DNA of 64,000 nucleotides, taken from an archaeon (lineage in GTDB: Archaea > Iainarchaeota > Iainarchaeia > Iainarchaeales > DTGL01). The translations under genes were made by a program, and so were the position numbers. Shown piece after piece: positions 62,404 to 64,000 of the stretch. Location of the stretch: assembly GCA_029258755.1 (NCBI GenBank), contig JAPDKC010000020.1, forward strand, positions 532 through 64,531. The letters are read 5' to 3'. The notes below the pieces were generated by a model. It made no database searches. It worked only from the letters and a program-made list of their open reading frames with translations, and was not told the DNA's origin. Positions within the stretch are counted from its first letter, which is position 1. Each line of letters starts with the position of its first letter.

Positions 62404-64000
62404 ATGGCTACTCAAGATATATCCCAAAAGCCCGTGATTTTTTTGGCAGAGGGTACAAAGCGTACAAGGGGCAGGGACGCACAATCAATAAACATACTGG
62501 TTGCTAAAGCAGTTGCAGAAGCAGTAAAAACCACGCTAGGTCCTAAGGGCATGGACAAGATGATAGTAAATGAGCTAGGGGATGTAATAATAAGCAATGA
62601 CGGCGCAACAATTCTTGATGAAATGGATGTCGAGCACCCAGCAGCAAAAATGCTAGTGGAGATAGCAAAGGCACAGGACGAGGAAGTGGGCGATGGCACT
62701 ACTACTGCAGTAGTGCTTGCAGGCGCCTTGCTCGAGCGTGCGGAGAGCTTGCTTGATGATGGCATCCACCCGAGCATAATAATAAAGGGCTATAAGCTTG
62801 CAGCGAAAAAAGCGAAAGAGATAGCAGAGGCAGTAGCCGATACAATTGATCGCGAGGATAAAACAGCTTTGAAGCGCATAGCGATGACATCAATGACGGG
62901 CAAGAGCGGTGCTGAAGCAGAGGAATCGCTAGCAAGCATAGTTGTTGATGCAATACTTCAGGTTGCAGAGCGTACTGATAAGGAGATAATAATAGATACA
63001 GACATGATAAAGGTTGAAAAGAAAGCTGGCGGCTCACTAAGCGACAGTCAGCTGATAAATGGCATAGTGATAGACAAAGAGATAGTGCATGCGGGCATGC
63101 CTAAGCGCATCGAAAATGCAAAGATAGCTCTCATAGATTCTGCGCTTGAAATCAAGGAAACAGAGACCGATGCAGAGATAAGCATCTCTGATCCTGAGCA
63201 GCTGCAGGCATTCATAGACAAAGAAGAATCCATGCTAAGAGAGATGGTAGAGCACATAAAGAAAGCAGGTGCAAACGTTGTATTCTGCCAGAAAGGCATA
63301 GATGACATAGCACAGCACTTCCTAGCTAAAGAAGGCATTGCTGCTGTGCGCAGGGTTAAAAAATCCGATATGGAGAAGCTTTCTAAAGCAACAGGTGCAA
63401 GAATAGTCACAAGGATAAAAGACCTAAGCAAGGAAGACCTTGGCTATGCAAAGCTTGTCTATGAAAAGAAGATTGCAGGCGACGAGATGGTCTTTGTAGA
63501 GGGTTGCAAGAATCCGAAGTCAGTAACAATACTGATAAGGGGTGGCTCAGAGCACATAGTTGATGAGGCAGAGAGAGCTGTCAATGATGCCATTGGTACA
63601 GTAAGTGCTGCAATAAGAGATGGAAAGATAGTTACGGGCGGTGGCAGTATAGAGATGGAGATTGCAATGAAGCTAAGAGACTATGCTACTACTATTGGCG
63701 GTCGCGAGCAGCTTGCAATAGAAGCATTTGCAGATGCCCTCGAGGTTATTCCGCGAGCGCTTGCAGAAACAGCTGGTATGGACCCAATAGATACAATAGT
63801 TGACTTGAGGGCAAGGCACAGAGGCAAGGACGGCAAATACATAGGCGTAGATGTCTACAAGGCAAAGCTTGCAGATATGAGCAAGCTTAAGGTAATGGAG
63901 CCTTTGCGTGTAAAGACGCAAGCGATAGCTTCTGGTGCAGAGGTTGCAGAGATGATCTTGCGCATAGACGATATAATCGCTGGTGCTTCCAAAGGTAAGG
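62404..64000 (+). CDS. ths: Thermosome (group II chaperonin) subunit, 3'-truncated by window edge
   Basis: Manual translation from ATG 62404 after [26 protein letters not shown]..., [30 protein letters not shown]; no stop before the window end. Confidence 0.97.
   Translation, partial: MATQDISQKPVIFLAEGTKRTRGRDAQSINILVAKAVAEAVKTTLGPKGMDKMIVNELGDVIISNDGATILDEMDVEHPAAKMLVEIAKAQDEEVGDGTTTAVVLAGALLERAESLLDDGIHPSIIIKGYKLAAKKAKEIAEAVADTIDREDKTALKRIAMTSMTGKSGAEAEESLASIVVDAILQVAERTDKEIIIDTDMIKVEKKAGGSLSDSQLINGIVIDKEIVHAGMPKRIENAKIALIDSALEIKETETDAEISISDPEQLQAFIDKEESMLREMVEHIKKAGANVVFCQKGIDDIAQHFLAKEGIAAVRRVKKSDMEKLSKATGARIVTRIKDLSKEDLGYAKLVYEKKIAGDEMVFVEGCKNPKSVTILIRGGSEHIVDEAERAVNDAIGTVSAAIRDGKIVTGGGSIEMEIAMKLRDYATTIGGREQLAIEAFADALEVIPRALAETAGMDPIDTIVDLRARHRGKDGKYIGVDVYKAKLADMSKLKVMEPLRVKTQAIASGAEVAEMILRIDDIIAGASKGK

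Noticed and set aside
62412..63921. Minus-strand ORFs at the window end
   Set aside because: Antisense to the thermosome gene, which the ORF track missed because it has no stop in the window.

Overview
Archaeal chromosomal window (ftsZ-secE-spt5-rpl11-rpl1-rpl10-rpl12 superoperon, GGTGA/GGAGG Shine-Dalgarno sites, thermosome, histone folds). Divergent housekeeping proteins, Cys-rich surface repeats and many basic-ended orphans suggest a DPANN archaeon, possibly Diapherotrites/Iainarchaeota-like. This is inference; no search was run. Core content: SufS, a Lon-type membrane protease, glmS-glmM-glmU(acetyltransferase only), a HerA-like ATPase, tRNA-Ala(CGC), GDH, TrpRS, EndA, a complete 14-gene Mbh-type [NiFe] hydrogenase with hypA/ATPase-type hypB/hycI/hypC, ppa, a VapBC pair, UDG, a pyr operon and a partial thermosome. 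Highlights: (1) an Smc with canonical Smc heads but a Rad50-type CPLC zinc hook at its exact midpoint instead of a hinge; (2) a 7-kb island of orphan and enzyme-like genes that all carry Lys/Arg-rich termini, containing an orphan two-repeat CRISPR-like mini-array; (3) a candidate C/D-box sRNA upstream of ppa; (4) two non-nucleosomal-type histones; (5) atypical PyrE/PyrF linked to a MetF-like gene. Several real genes are missing from the supplied ORF track (relE, secE, small histone, trm112, thermosome, two small basic peptides).
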